NCBI RefSeq assembly: GCF_009914755.1
Contig: NC_060929.1
Reading direction: 5' to 3' (one strand)
DNA: 64,000 bases
DNA from: the human T2T-CHM13v2.0 reference genome, Homo sapiens
Every line of letters begins with the position of its first letter. Within the stretch, counting starts at the first letter, position 1. Below the pieces are notes generated by a model, which was not told where the DNA came from, did not search any database, and was given only the letters and a program-made list of their open reading frames with translations. The translations under genes were made by a program, and so were the position numbers. This document shows, piece by piece, positions 11,075 to 25,314 of the stretch.

Positions 11075-11346
11075 ATTTTTTATATTTATTTATTTATTTA
11101 TTTAAGACAGGGTATCCCTCTGTCACGTGGCAGGATCATGGCTCACTGTACCCATAACTTCCCAGGATGAAGCGAGTCTCCTGCTTAGCTTCTGGAGTAG
11201 CTGGGACTACCGGCGTGTGCTAAGTTTTGTATTTTTTTTTTGTAGAGACAAGGTATCATTATGTTGCCCAGGCTAGTCCTGAGTTGCTGGGCTCAAGCAG
11301 TCTGCCTGCCTCAGCCTCCCACAGACATGAGCCACTGTGCCTGGCC
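11075..11346 (-). mobile_element. AluJ with internal deletions
   Basis: (TTTA)n tail; GGCTCACTG...GGGCTCAAGCAGTCTGCCTGCCTCAGCCTCCC...GCCACTGTGCCTGGCC. Confidence 0.9.
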
Positions 11347-11359
11347 CAAAATTTCTTAT

Positions 11360-11706
11360 TTTTTTTAGAATTTTTAAATTGACAAATGAAACTGTTTAAA
11401 TTGACAAATGAAACAACAAGTTGTTTTGAAGTCTGTATACACTATGGAAAGACTAAGTATAGCTAATTAACATGCATTACCTCTCATAATTATGACTTTT
11501 GTGATGCAAAGATTTTATATCCACTCTCAGCATTTTTCAAGAATATAATTTATTGTTAGCTATGGTCACCATGTGGTATGATAGATCTCTTGAATTGAAC
11601 CCTTTTCCCTAGCTAAAATTTTGTATCCTTTGACCAGCATCTCTCCCCTGCCCCCCAGCCAACCACCCCAACACCTGGTAACTATCATTCTACTTTCCAA
11701 TCTATA
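11360..11706 (-). mobile_element. L1MA-type 3' UTR fragment
   Basis: AGCTAATTAACATGCATTACCTC, ATAGATCTCTTGAA, TTTTGTATCCTTTGACCA, CTATCATTCTACT. TTTAAATTGACAAATGAAAC is tandemly duplicated at 11373-11414. Confidence 0.8.
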
Positions 11707-13059
11707 CTAATGTCCTAACAGATAGGATATCTCCCAATGATATATGATGGCAACAGTGATTGATGCATGGAGCAAAATGCAGGGCACTCTACCTTGAAAA
11801 TGGTACTGTAATGCTATAGATGTAGAGTTAGTTAACAATTGTAACCTAAACAGATATATATCCTTAACACCAATAATTTCACTTCTACACATAAGCCATT
11901 TGAGAAAGGAGATTCTGTCTCCATGTCTCCCAAAATGCCTACCACAGTGGTAAAAAAGATAAATATGTAATAACTGGTTATCTGTTAAAATTGAGTAAAA
12001 TTTTTGAGGAGGCACAGACAGGAACCTACTTCTTTCTTGGGTATTGCAATTTTCTCTTCCCACCATTTTCTATTACTGTAATCATAGTCATCTTTATTAC
12101 TTGCTTAGAATATGTGACTGTTATGTTATCATTGCAGAGACCTTTTCCTTATTACCAATCTTCTTTTAAAGCATTACATGGAGGAACATGAACAGTCTGA
12201 GCATTCAAAGTTCAAGATTTCAAGACAATCAGTTCTGTTTGCCTGATCTACAGGATGAAGGTAACAATAAGAGAAAGTGATCATAATAGTCAATATTTAA
12301 TACATATTTAATATATATATTTTTAGATTTAACAACTGGTTAAATCTATTAACCATATATCATCTAACCATTTCTATACCTTCCTATCACTCTTCTTTTC
12401 CTATTCTCTCTTAATTCCAATTTTCCTACAACACACACACTCATATACACATACGCACACATGCACCCACTATCCATAAGACCATCACGTCTGGGGATTT
12501 TGCACATACAGAGCCTAATAAAATTCAGCAACAAAGATCATTCAAATTCATAACTCAAAAATTATCAGGTACAGAAATACATGAACTGAGGTGAAGAAAA
12601 GCCAAAATACTGGGAGAAGTAGAATATCTTTCACAAAAGACCTTCTAGGAAGATCATATGGTACTGTTCTGCAAATCTTTCCTTTTACAACATTGAATGT
12701 TTTAATGTGAGCTTTGCAGATTCAGTTTCAAATCTTATCACTAATCCTGCCCTTAAGCAAAGCTGTAAAGAAGGTGAAATTAATTTTATACATTTCCTAT
12801 TCTGCATTCTGTCATCCTCATCTTCCTTTGAGGGTCTAACAGCTTCCTACCACTTTCTGCTTGTGCCCATTACAACCCAGATTTTCATCTTTTGTACCTG
12901 GAACAGGCCTGGCCTTCCACAATGCTCTATGTGCTATGAAAGTCAGTTTCTGCTATTATCATTGTGTTCTATTATTTCATGTATTTTCTAATAGCCTTAA
13001 AGATTACTTTGAATAGGCCTGGAATCTCTAACACAATTAAATACTATAGCAGGCATATA

Positions 13060-13345
13060 GTATTACCAAGGAAAGTAAAGCAAGATATAGAACAAATTGA
13101 ATGATGAAAACTGAGACAAACTGGAGACAGGGACCATGTCCAAAATGGACATCCATTATTCAACTGTAGCCTCATGTTATCATGTGGGAATGAAGGCCTA
13201 GTGTTGTAAGATTTTAGATTTTTCAAGAGGAGCCAGAAATTTGTACCTTCATACAAAAATTTCAATATTTGTAAAACACCATAAAAGTGAAAAAAATACC
13301 TACAAATCAGAATTTAGACTATGTTGACATTAACTTGCTACCTCT
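13060..13345 (+). mobile_element. MER102-like hAT-Charlie DNA transposon relic
   Basis: TGTGGGAATGAAGGCCTAGTGTTGTAAGATTTTAGATTTTTCAAGAGGAGCCAGAAAT resembles the MER102 core. Confidence 0.55.
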
Positions 13346-13438
13346 GTGATAAGCGATTTTAGAATAAGATTTTATTCTTGCTTAATTCTTCTCTTCAGAG
13401 ATACCTAGTGTAGTAGGAGAATCTAACACTTAAAAACA

Positions 13439-13748
13439 GGTCAGGTATGGTGTCTCACACCTATAATCCCAGCACTTTTGGAGGACAAGGTGGGTGGATT
13501 GCTTGAGCCTAGGAGTTTGAGAGCAGCCTGGGCAACAGAATGAGACCCTGTCTCTACAAAAAATACAGAAATTAGTCAGCTGTAGTGGCCTACGCCTGTA
13601 CTCCCAGCCATTTAGGATGCTGAGGTGGGAGAACACTTGAGCCCAGGAGGTCAAGTCTGCAGTGAGCCATGATCATGCTACTGCACTCCAGGCTGGGCAA
13701 GAGAGCAAGATCCTGTCTCATATAATAATAATAATAGTAATAATAATA
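13439..13748 (+). mobile_element. AluJ with (TAA)n tail
   Basis: Dimeric Alu with J diagnostics (GGATTGCTTGAGCCTAGGAG, GCCATGATCATG). Confidence 0.93.
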
Positions 13749-13754
13749 ACAATT

Positions 13755-13980
13755 TTGTGATGGGTGATAAATATCATAGGGGCAAAATGTCATGGGAGCA
13801 CAGAGATGGGAGAGGGGACTTTCATAAGCCTAGAATGTTCTCAAGGAGTATGTCTCAGAGAATATGAATCTCAAATGAAAGTAGGCCTTTACCAGAGAGA
13901 GAGAAAATAAAGAGTATTCCAGAGAGTTGTGTGTGGGAAGATGCAGACATAAGAAACAGCAGCATTTACTTGGGGAAAAA
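13755..13980 (-). mobile_element. L2 fragment
   Basis: ATGGGAGCACAGAG...TCTCAGAG...TATTCCAGAGAG, reverse-L2-like; diverged. Confidence 0.45.
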
Positions 13981-14102
13981 ATAGTTTAGGTTCTGTTCCC
14001 AGATAAGTGGAATTATATCAGATACAGTTTTTAAGGAGAGTCTATTTGGGGCAGGAGGGCCTCTTGAGTTCTTATTAATAGTTTTAAAATGTGAACACAC
14101 CT

Positions 14103-14170
14103 TACTGCACATTAAGCACATGTACCCCAGAACTTAAAGTATAATAAAAAAAAATTTTAAAAAAAGAAAA
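14103..14170 (+). mobile_element. Ultra-short L1PA 3'-end insertion (68 bp)
   Basis: CTGCACATTAAGCACATGTACCCCAGAACTTAAAGTATAAT plus A tail. 17-bp TSD AAAATGTGAACACACCT at 14086-14102 and 14171-14187, at a TTTT/AAAA site. Confidence 0.95.
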
Positions 14171-14879
14171 AAAATGTGAACACACCTCTATTTCTCTCTC
14201 CAGGTAATTTTAACATGACCTTGCTACTCCCTTGGATGAAAGGATCATCACGAAGTTTTACAACAAACTTTATGGTTATGGAAGTTCTATATTTACATTT
14301 GGAAGATGACAAAGTTGCCAGTAGCAGATATTTTAATTAAAAATATTTTCCTTACTGTTCCAATATCTCTAATGTTTTTAAAAGTAGATTTATCTTACTT
14401 ACAGGTTCATATGAGATAATTGAAAACATGGTGATCTCAGATACAGCAGCACACATGTGAGGAAACGTAGTAGTCAGTCACATGGAATACCTTCAAAATC
14501 TTCAGTAAAATATGGGTGACATTGACGAATAGTTCATTCTCCCTATGGAGCTGTCCACAGAGGCTAAAAATAGCTATAAATAGAAGAATCCAGATAAAAT
14601 CATGTTGTATCATGTGTCATATCAATAGTAATATATACAAATGAAAAATATTGTGAAAATAGTAGAGGTAGAGGCCAGATATGTTAATAAAGGGGTTTAG
14701 AGATAAAAGCATGGATAAATAAATATGGCATAGGTATTTTGAGCCAGGCTTTTCAATGATCATAACATATTCTATATTTATATAGTCACATATTTTTGCA
14801 TATATACAACCTATTCACATTCAAAGAAGTTGTTGCAAGAGTGTACAAAAATGTCACTAAGAAAAACAAGATTTATCAG

Positions 14880-14955
14880 GTAATTGCAGTGTTCGCCATT
14901 ACTTTTAATTACTTCTAATGGCAAGCACTGCAATCCCTTTTGCACCAACCTAATA
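14880..14955. mobile_element. MADE1 (Hsmar1-derived MITE), left TIR truncated
   Basis: GTAATTGCAGTGTTCGCCATTAC...TAATGGCAAGCACTGCAATCCCTTTTGCACCAACCTAATA. Confidence 0.9.
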
Positions 14956-16141
14956 TGTGGCCTCAGGTAATATGCCTGTAATTAGCTTGTTGGTTTTATT
15001 TGAAAACAACTATTGTGTAGCAATTGGAAAGTCATTAGCAGGACTCTTTTGCCACATTCATTTTATGCAGGATAACCTTGAGTCCACTCTGTTATATACC
15101 TATTTGCAAGAAAAGTCAGTTTAGTTCATCTGTTTCTTTTACCCTGTTCCCCCACCATGTTCTTATTTTATGAATGTATTTTGAGTGTGTTTAATTAACC
15201 TGTAGATTTCTATTTTGTGTGGATTTTTTTCATGGCATTTTCAGCTGATACGTTGATTAAATTTATTCATATTCTTAACCAAATCCAAGCATGCTGATCA
15301 ATATTTTCTGAACAGAATTCAGTGTGAAACACCAGATAAGAGGAGCAAATGCACACTCATTGATGTTTCTCTGCAGTGAAAATTATTTTAAGATGTGGAA
15401 TGATTTGGGTATGTGGATGTGTGTCTCTTGAGATATGATGGTATAATCAATATGTCCCACTGAAGACAAAGTCCTAAGGCTAAATGGTTTCAGCTGGGCT
15501 GTGAAGGAAAGCAAGTGAGAGTATCATTATTTTGAGGAAAATATATGTGATTTTATCTAGATAATGACAGTTTGCACTGTAGCAACATTCCTAGATGAAA
15601 TCTCTGTACACCAGAGGTTTCATCTAAAACTTCATCTTTACTTATATACTTAGGTGAGGGTGAGGCAAGGGTTAGGTGGCCCACTAGAAAGAAACTTCTG
15701 TGAGATTCTTCATTATGCATCTATTATTCTAGGATTGTCTCACTTGTTGAGTTCCATAGTTTTTATTTATTCATAAATGTCAGGAACAGGAACAACAAAG
15801 CCAGATTCAAAGAGCCTAACAAGGGAGAAGATAAAACAGCAAAAGTTGAAAATGAAATGTAGATGATGACACATAAAATTAAGGCATCACTGATTCATTT
15901 TAAAAATAATTTTTAAAAAGTCTTTCTTTTGTGAAAATCCAAAGAAAAAGCTCCCGGATAGAGTAGGGGGAAGAAAATGGCATTTTCTTGGTATCCTTCA
16001 TCTCAGCCAAGAAAAAAATCTTATGTTAAAAATGAGTGGTTGCATTAAAAACTTTTTTTTTCTGAGTCTTTAATATCATCAGAATAAATTATCCTTCTGT
16101 ATCAAATTCAAATGAAATTTATTTGGAGCATTTAATGTAGG

Positions 16142-16518
16142 TGATATGGCTTGGCTCTGTGTCCCTATGCAAATCTCATGTTGAATTGTAACTCCCAGTT
16201 TTGGGGAGGAACCCAGAGGTAGGAGGTGATTAGATCATGGGGGTGGATTTCCCCCATGCTGTTCTCATGATAGTGAGTTCTCACAAGATCTGATGGTTTA
16301 AAAATATGTGGTACTTTCTCTTTCTCTCTCTCTCTCTCTCACTACGATGTGAAGAAGGTGCTTGTTTCCCCTTTGCCTTCCACCATGATTCTAAGTTTCC
16401 CGAGGTCTCGCAGTCATGCTTCCTGTTAAGCCTGTGGAATTGTGAGTCAATTAAACTTCTCTTCTTCATAAACAGTCTTAGGTAATTCTTTATAGCAATC
16501 TGAGAATGAACTAATACA
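16142..16518 (+). mobile_element. THE1D/MSTA-type MaLR solo LTR
   Basis: Termini TGATATGG...CTAATACA; perfect 5-bp TSD GTAGG at 16137-16141 and 16519-16523. Confidence 0.95.
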
Positions 16519-17702
16519 GTAGGACTATCACTTTAAAATACATAAGAGACAGAGAATTATGTAGTTTGAACTAATTTTTGCAGATGTGAGGTGTTCTTTC
16601 CTCTTTTAATTACTAGACAAAACATTTGAATGACTCCTAAATGTATTCAGATGGATGAAATCACTTTTCCACCAACCCATCCCCAAGGCCATCATGAACT
16701 ACCAGTTAAGAAAATCAAATTCTGTGGATTTCTATTCTTTTAGCTTTTTAATTCTATAATTTATACTCTAGTCCAGTATTTGCAGCTTTTTGGGTTGTGT
16801 ATATTTTGGGGGCAATTTTACTTACGGATAAGGAAATGGAGGCATGAGAACTTTATCAATTATTCTAATTTTAAAGTGCAAGTTGCATTGTAAACAGATC
16901 TCAAAGTACTGTGTGAAGTAGATTGGAGTCACAAGTAGTACTATTAAAATTGTGAATAGCCTGATATTGCAGCTGCAGTTGAAGGTTGAACAAGTAATTG
17001 TGAATGTGATATAAAATGAGACTGATCAGCTAATAACCAGAGTCATTGTTTTAAGTTCAATGTCAAAGTCACTTCAGACATGTAGCACAATCTTTTGAAC
17101 AGACTTGAGTGTGTAATAAGTGGAATAAATGTTTACCTAATAATTTACCTCCGCAATGTAAGTTATTCTAAGGTATGAAATGTTCCTTGAGCATTTACAT
17201 GTTCTCCGAGGTTGTGATGGAATAATTTATTGATTCTGTTGAAGATCAATTGCTAAAGCTGCATAATTTCAGCTAGAAATGAAGGAAAGGAAGAAGCAAT
17301 TGCATCATGCTTAGAAAGGCAAATGTGAGTTACATTGAGTAATAATGGCTTACACATTCCAATGAAACCTCTGTGGCCCAGCATCTCCTAAAGTAAATAA
17401 ATGCCTTGAAGAAAGTAAGATATAAACCTAAATGGCCTGCTAAGCAAGCTCTGATCTAAGGCCTTTCATTTTGTATATCTATTATCCCAGGCATGTATCT
17501 TACTAACAGGACTGTAAGTATTGATTTATGCATAAGGTGTCAGACATAGGAGCTCACATCTTTGGTCTGAATATGGTTTTTAATAGTGTATCTATCATGG
17601 CAGCTTTTTAAATTTAAGTTCCTTCAGGATATAGAAAACCTTTGAAGAAAAAAAAAGTGACACGTGGAGAAATTGTTTTCTTCTCATTTCCAAGGATTGA
17701 CA

Positions 17703-17926
17703 TTTCTTTCTTTCTTTCTTTCTTTCCTTCCTTCCTTCCATCTTCCTTCCTTTCTTTCTTTTTGCTTTTTTTTTTTTTTGGATGCAGATTCTCACTCTGT
17801 CACCCAGGCTGGAGTGCAGTGGTATGATCATAGCTCTCCACAGCCTTGACCTCCTGGGTTCAAGGAATCATTCCCACCTCAACCTCCAGAGTAGCTGGGA
17901 CCACAGGCACATGCTACCATGCCCAG
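17703..17926 (-). mobile_element. Alu right monomer (FRAM or 5'-truncated AluJ) with (CTTT)n/(CCTT)n tail
   Basis: Single Alu arm; flanked by GATTGACATTT/GATTGCCATTT. Confidence 0.88.
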
Positions 17927-18319
17927 ATTGCCATTTTTTAATGCAATATTTATAAAAAGTGTTTTCCAAGTCTATAATCTATGTGATATAAATGGCATTT
18001 ATTCACTTTATAATCCACAAATATCATTTTTTCTCATTTGAGAAAATCGATAATTATGAACATTGTGGCCAAATAATTGGCACCATGCTATTTACATTTG
18101 CTGTCTCTAAGTTTTATTACCTATTTTTATTTATTGATCCTGATTATTTTATTTAATGATTCTTCTATACTTAATGAGATGCCTTCTAGTTCTAATATTC
18201 TAGATCTGGATAAACAAATATTAATCATATTCACATCTTTTATAATTTTATAAACTTTGATTCTTCCAACCCTACGTTCACCCTTACCTCTAAGTTTTTG
18301 TCTCTTTAAATCACATATC

Positions 18320-18850
18320 TTAAAAAGCCCATTCATCTTTGTATGGTTGTTCTTTTCTGGATCAGTTTCTATACTGTTATTTCTTTCTTAAGGTATGGCA
18401 TACAGAACTGCATTCAGTACATTAATTTCAATAAATTATATTTTACTCAAGGATAAGAATAAACTTACTAGCTAATTTTCCTTTTAACTACATTCTCAAT
18501 AATAAGCCTTATTGTTCTGTTGGCCTCATGTTTTTCAGAAAATATTCTTAGGAATGATTCTACAAGATGAATGCATTTTCCTCGCAGTATAGAAAGTATG
18601 TATGTGGGTATTGTGTGTGTGTGTAATTTTTATTTTTCAAATGCATTATTATACTAGTTCATTCAGATACTTAGCTTCTACTCATATGCCAATTTATACG
18701 TAAGACTCAGTTGTAGCCTATACTCCTCCACCAGACATTTCACTTTCTTTAAATATTTAGTGCTATTTGAAAGTCATGAAGTTTCCCTGCTGACTTTCTT
18801 TCATAGTGAAGTTGTTCAGGTAGGTCTTGGCAGGCCACCAAGTAGGTTAA
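18320..18850 (-). mobile_element. Possible ancient L3/CR1 LINE fragment
   Basis: TTTCTTAAGGTATGGCATACAGAACTGCATTCAGTAC resembles the CR1/L3 RT C-terminal region; very diverged. Confidence 0.35.
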
Positions 18851-18856
18851 ATCTTA

Positions 18857-19265
18857 TGTATTAGTCAGGGTTCTCCAGAGAAACAAAACCAATTGAATAT
18901 ATAGAAAGAAAGAGTGATTTATGGTAAGGAATTGGCTCACATGATTATGGATGTTGGCAAACCCAAAATCTGCAGAGCCAATGTCCCAGTTGGTGACTGA
19001 AATTGGAAAGCTGCTGTAGAACCAGGAAGAGCTGATGTTCCAGTTTGAGGACCATCAGGCAGGAGAATTCTCTCACTCAAGAAATTGTCAGCCTTTTCTT
19101 CTATGTAGGCCTTCAACTGATTGGATGAGGCTCACCCACACTATGGAGGGCAATCTGCTTTACTCTAATGACTTAAATGTTAATCTCATTTAAAAATACT
19201 CTCACAGAACCACCCAGAATAATGTTTGTCCAACTATCTGGGCACCTGTGGCCACTGTCACATCA
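18857..19265 (-). mobile_element. MLT2 (ERVL) solo LTR
   Basis: TGTATTAGTCAGGGTTCTCCAGAGAAAC...GGAATTGGCTCAC...CAACTGATTGGATGAGGC...GGCAATCTGCTTTACTC. Confidence 0.9.
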
Positions 19266-19786
19266 TGGTATCTGTTTCTCATTTTTGAAAGGAGCCTATC
19301 TCTCCCTAGCCTTTGTTTTTCTGTCTATGAGTCATTCCCTCTTTAAAGAATTTGTTCTTCCCACTTCATACTGATCAACTGCTTTTAATACCCTTAATTA
19401 CATAATTTTGTATAATTTAAATTCTGAATAAATTGTATTAACTGTTTCTCATATAAATAATCTGTCAAATAATTCTAAAGTTAATAGAAACAATTTCCCT
19501 TGAAAGAATATCATATTGCCTTTCCACTAAATTTCTATGCATATTTAAGTGTAAAATAATCTTGCCTTTTATTGTAATTCCAGACAGTCAGATATGGTAG
19601 TGTATTTTAACAGTTTGTACTTTTCAGGGTCTTTTCTGGGTGCAAATCACATTAGCTATGAGCTTGTTCCAGTTGTTCAGCAGAATATGGATTTGGATGT
19701 TGTTTCTTGACAAATGAGCTGAATAATTACTTACTTTAGCCATGATATTGTTTATATTTAAATTCTAGATTGCTATTAGATCTGGA

Positions 19787-19905
19787 ACAGTGATTCCTAA
19801 ACAAACCAATCATCAAAATCACATGGAAACTTATGAAAAATACAATCGTAGGCCCCCAGATCCATAATTTTAAAATTTTACTTTTCTAATTCTAAGCCAT
19901 TGATG
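19787..19905. mobile_element. MER5-like hAT relic
   Basis: CAGTGATTCCTAAAC...CATCAAAATCACATGGAAACTT...AAAATACA. Confidence 0.45.
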
Positions 19906-20096
19906 AAGAGAATATTTGGATTTACAAAGTATTTTTATTAATTATCTGTTTTTTTATTTTTTACAATTATGTATAGCTAATTATTTAGCTAACTTTTTCA
20001 TAATAAAAATCAAAATAAAGAATCCATTTATTCTATTTGTTGAATTCTATTTCAAAGGTCAGCTTTTCAACTACCATCATTGTATAGTCCTGGTGA

Positions 20097-20424
<328 letters not shown>

Positions 20425-21419
20425 GTTGATTTTTTTTTTTTTAAAGCTTTTATTATTTTCTTTGGAATATAAAGCACAGTATTCCTTAAAGTCTTTTTTT
20501 TTTAGCTAGTCTTATGGGGTTTTTTGCACCTGATTTACCTTACTTAATAGATTTTCTCGTTTTGTCCCCTTTACCAATTGTACCTTTAAAAAATGCCATC
20601 TCCTTTTCCTCACCCACAATGACCTCTTTTGCTTTGCCAGTTAGCCATACAGGGTTTTTGTTTGAGCACCTGGGTTTCTTGATCCTTGGCACGTATTTTC
20701 CCTGGGCTTCTAATAAGGTGTTTTAAACAGTTTCCAGGTTTCTGGTAGATTATTTGCTTTTTTTTTTTTCCAACTCCCTTGCATTTTATTCTAATATTCA
20801 CATTTTGATGTAGGTCTCTTTTCCAAAAGTGAGTTAGCATGTGTTCTATGTTTCTTGGCTTTTCCACCCTCAGTAGAAAGTGAAACTTAATCATATACTA
20901 ATCACTAATATATAATGATTTGTATAATTCGTGATTCACTTCCTGTCTTTTATGCAGAACTTAGTGTACTTCCTTTCCATGTGAATTCTAAAATTACTTA
21001 ATCTAAGAAGCAGTTATTTATTCTCCCAAAAATGTATTCCTCATACCTATCCTTAATGAGAAAAATCCATGAATCCAGATGTGAATAATTAAAATTCTAT
21101 TTGATTACCATCTGTACTGATTTCAAGTATTCACACCTAGTGTCAATATTCTTAGCATATATATTATATTATGTGTATAGCGTATTATATATACTAGCAT
21201 GCATACAAGTAGCATATTATATATGCTAAGAATTATATATAATACATATATAATATGTATTTGGGCATAAGGTAAAGAGGATTGAAGTAATCATAAATCA
21301 GTGCATAACACATTATTTTTATTAGCTTCTCTCTTGATTGACTGATTAATTGATCAATTATCTTCCTGCCATAGTTCTCTGTTTTCTCCCTCTAGACATG
21401 CAATGATGCTAAGAAATTT

Positions 21420-21700
21420 AACACATCGTTTTGCTTATTTGTGTTCTTGCAAAATGTGCATTGTTGTTTTATTTGTATTTTGCTGCTTATTGTACTTGGT
21501 ATATTTGTAAAAAGTATTTTGATAGATATTTCCCACTGTTCCTTATGTTTAAATCAGTGCTCTGTTTCTGTATAGTGCTATGAGTCTATCTAACCTTTTG
21601 TTTCTAACTGCTGTATAGTACTCTGTGGTGGACATCCATGACTTTTCCTTTATTTTCTCTTTTAGTGATGGTGACTCAAAGTGCCTCCAACTCTCCTATA
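21420..21700 (-). mobile_element. L1ME-type fragment
   Basis: TTTCTAACTGCTGTATAGTACTCTGTGG...TAGTGATGG...CCTCCAACT. Confidence 0.5.
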
Positions 21701-21811
21701 TTATTTAGCCCTGGTTTATGGCACCATCCACCACTGATTTCTTGATTGCAATTAATTTAGGAAAGACTAATTCTCCTCCAAGTGATTTCATAGTAAAATC
21801 TTTATTTAGAT

Positions 21812-22007
21812 GAGTACTTCTGAACCTTGGCACTTTTAACATGTATTGTAGGATATTTAGCAGCATCCGTAGCTCCACTCACTATATGCCAATAGCACCA
21901 TATTTGTGAAAATTGAAACAAAAACAAACAAACAAACAAAAACCTCTCCAGACATTGTCAAATGTCTCCTGGGGGAGCAGAATCAGTCATTGATTAGATC
22001 AATTGAT
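21812..22007 (+). mobile_element. MER20 DNA transposon relic
   Basis: AACCTTGGCACT...TTGTAGGATATTTAGCAGCATCC...TCTCCAGACATTGTCAAATGTCTCCTGGGGG. Confidence 0.85.
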
Positions 22008-22273
22008 ACAGATCTTCTAAATTTTTATTTAGATGCTACTTTTGTTAAATCTGATATATTCTCAGGTATCTATTACCACTTGTGACTCAGTGGCACTATA
22101 TCTTGGCTTCTTTTTCTACTCATCTGTTGTTTTTCCAAGATGTCAATTACAGAATTTTACTCATTTCTTGACAAGCATTTTATTGAGGAATAGAATCTAT
22201 CTGCTTGCTTGATTGGATTTTTACATAATCATTGGGGAAGAAAATCCTGGCTTCTTTGCCAAGACACTTTTGA

Positions 22274-22613
<340 letters not shown>

Positions 22614-23889
22614 CCTGTATGTTCTTTACATATAATGATGTTCTTTTTTACTTAATACACACAAGGCAGACTTGAGGTTGAACAGAAATGTCAGCACTTA
22701 TCTTTAATTACTTAATTTCAAATTTGCAAGGAAACGATCCCATGATTTTTGTCATACCCTGATTTTAATTATAACCTGAGTTATCCAATTATTTCACAGA
22801 TTTGATTTTAGGCTCCTGTCTGTATTAAAAATGAAGCTTCACCAAAAGGTCCAAGATCTCATTACTCAATTAAGTAGTAGATTCATTACCCAAAGAATCC
22901 AACTATCAGCAGCTATCTTCTTTTTAATTACTATCAAATATGAACAAGAAAATTACATATTTAGAGCCTGAATTAACATTTCATTTCAATGACTCCTAAA
23001 AATATATGAAATGTTATGTTGAACTTCCAATTCAAATGGTCTGAAATCATGCAAGCAGCATATTTTTAAAAGTTTAAATTAGTGACAAGGTTAAAACTCT
23101 CAGCAAAGGGTTGAGAGTCAAAATATTTGAGTTTAATAACTGATTTGTCCCTATTCGTTTTGCTTTAAAGTCTCTAAATTTTGTTTTTTCAACTGAGAAA
23201 TGGCAAAATTATTTTAAGATAAAATTAAATTAAAGTCCATTAAACTCAAAGATGCTATCAAATAGATGGGATCATTTAATTCTTTACCGAAATTTTAACA
23301 AAATTTTGACTCTGTCATGTATGAGACCTTATTTGTAGTGGCAGGAAATTATCTAGAGAAATTCATCTGGACTCCATGAAGCTACCAACATCATCTGGTA
23401 TTGGTTACATACTCATCTTTGATGCTCCCACCCCTCTATTTCTGCTGTGACATCATAACTCACCATTTCCAATTTGTCATTTGTTTTTCCTCCCTATCTT
23501 ATCCATCTATTCTTGGCCAATACAAAAGATCTGCTTACTTCTTATTTTTGGTCCAACATTCCTCCAACCTGTCCCCAACCCAACTCTGGCTCACAAATAT
23601 TTCTCACTAAATATTCCATTAATGGACCTAGTCATAATCCCTAAACTGGTGTTCTTATACATGGAACTCAAGAATATATATTGCCCGTAAAGATCCAGCT
23701 TATAGATATTCATCAAAAGAGCAGAAACAAGTCCAGATAGTATTGGATTCTGAGGTCATGCAATGCCCCTAATGAATAGTCTCCATCAGCTTCCCATTTA
23801 ACTGAGAATAGAATTCAGTATTCCTACAAACACATCCAAACATGATTTGACATATCTATACCATCTGACTTCATCTGCTGCAGCTGTAC

Positions 23890-24036
23890 CCCAGCACATT
23901 CTACTTCATCCACACTGATTTTGTTTCTCATCATTGAATAATACAAAATAGACCTTGCAGAGTTGTTTTTCCTTCCGCTTGGAATACGCTCCTTTCATAG
24001 TAAATGCCTAATAAGTATTTATTGAATGAATGAATG
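23890..24036 (+). mobile_element. L2 3' end
   Basis: TTCCTTCCGCTTGGAAT...ATAGTAAATGCCTAATAAGTATTTATTGAATGAATGAATG. Confidence 0.65.
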
Positions 24037-24381
24037 TTTCATACCTCTCACTTACCTCTGTTGCCATTTGTAAGGGCTAAGGATGAAAGCCAGTGTTCTA
24101 TTATGTGACTTACAAGGCCATCTCATCTAAATGCTATGTCTATTCCCAGTTACTCATTGGTGGTTATCCACTGAACTACTTCCCTCCAAAAATAAATGCA
24201 TAACTATGTATCAAGTGAATATTTTCATAAACCTAAAAGGTCAGTATGTAATAATATATTTTACAATATTTTAGAATAGATCACGTGAACTTAAAATATG
24301 CATGTTTTGTACCTAATCTGTTTTCCAGCTATACAAATCATAAAAAGAAATTATTATGTTAATAACATTAAAAATCTGTAA

Positions 24382-24721
<340 letters not shown>

Positions 24722-25314
24722 ATGAAAGTTTTTTAACATGTTTATTAATTTATAAAATATAAATGAATTTGTATGGAAAATGGGTAAAGTAAAAAGAAAT
24801 CAAAATGTTTATAACATTCAAAATTGAAATCTGTGATACATAATTTTTTAATGATTACAGGAAACTGGCAGACCCATGAAAAGTGGGTTAAATTATTGTT
24901 TGGATTGATTCTCTTTATTCATGCTGAACTTCGCTAATACTATCTAACATGAGGAAGCTGCGAGCTTAATCTTTGCCATAATCAGAAAATATAATAGTGA
25001 TAATGCACTGCAGGCTCGCACAGTGCTGTGTAATGTTTCCAGCCAGCTGCAATCTTTCTCTGGCAACCAGATATGCAGAGCCACATCTCCTGGGGGATGA
25101 AGGAGAGACAATGCATTTATACATTCAAGTGAGTGTGTATCCAATTTGAACATTCTCATCGACGAGAAAGACCTGTATTTTATGATCATTTTTTTCTTTT
25201 GTTTCCATTTCTGCATAAAATGCTTTTTAAACAACATAGTAGGAGGAGGTAATTAATATCTGTTATATAAACTACCTAAATGAAGAACACCAGCACTTAC
25301 ATGTTAACAGCCCA

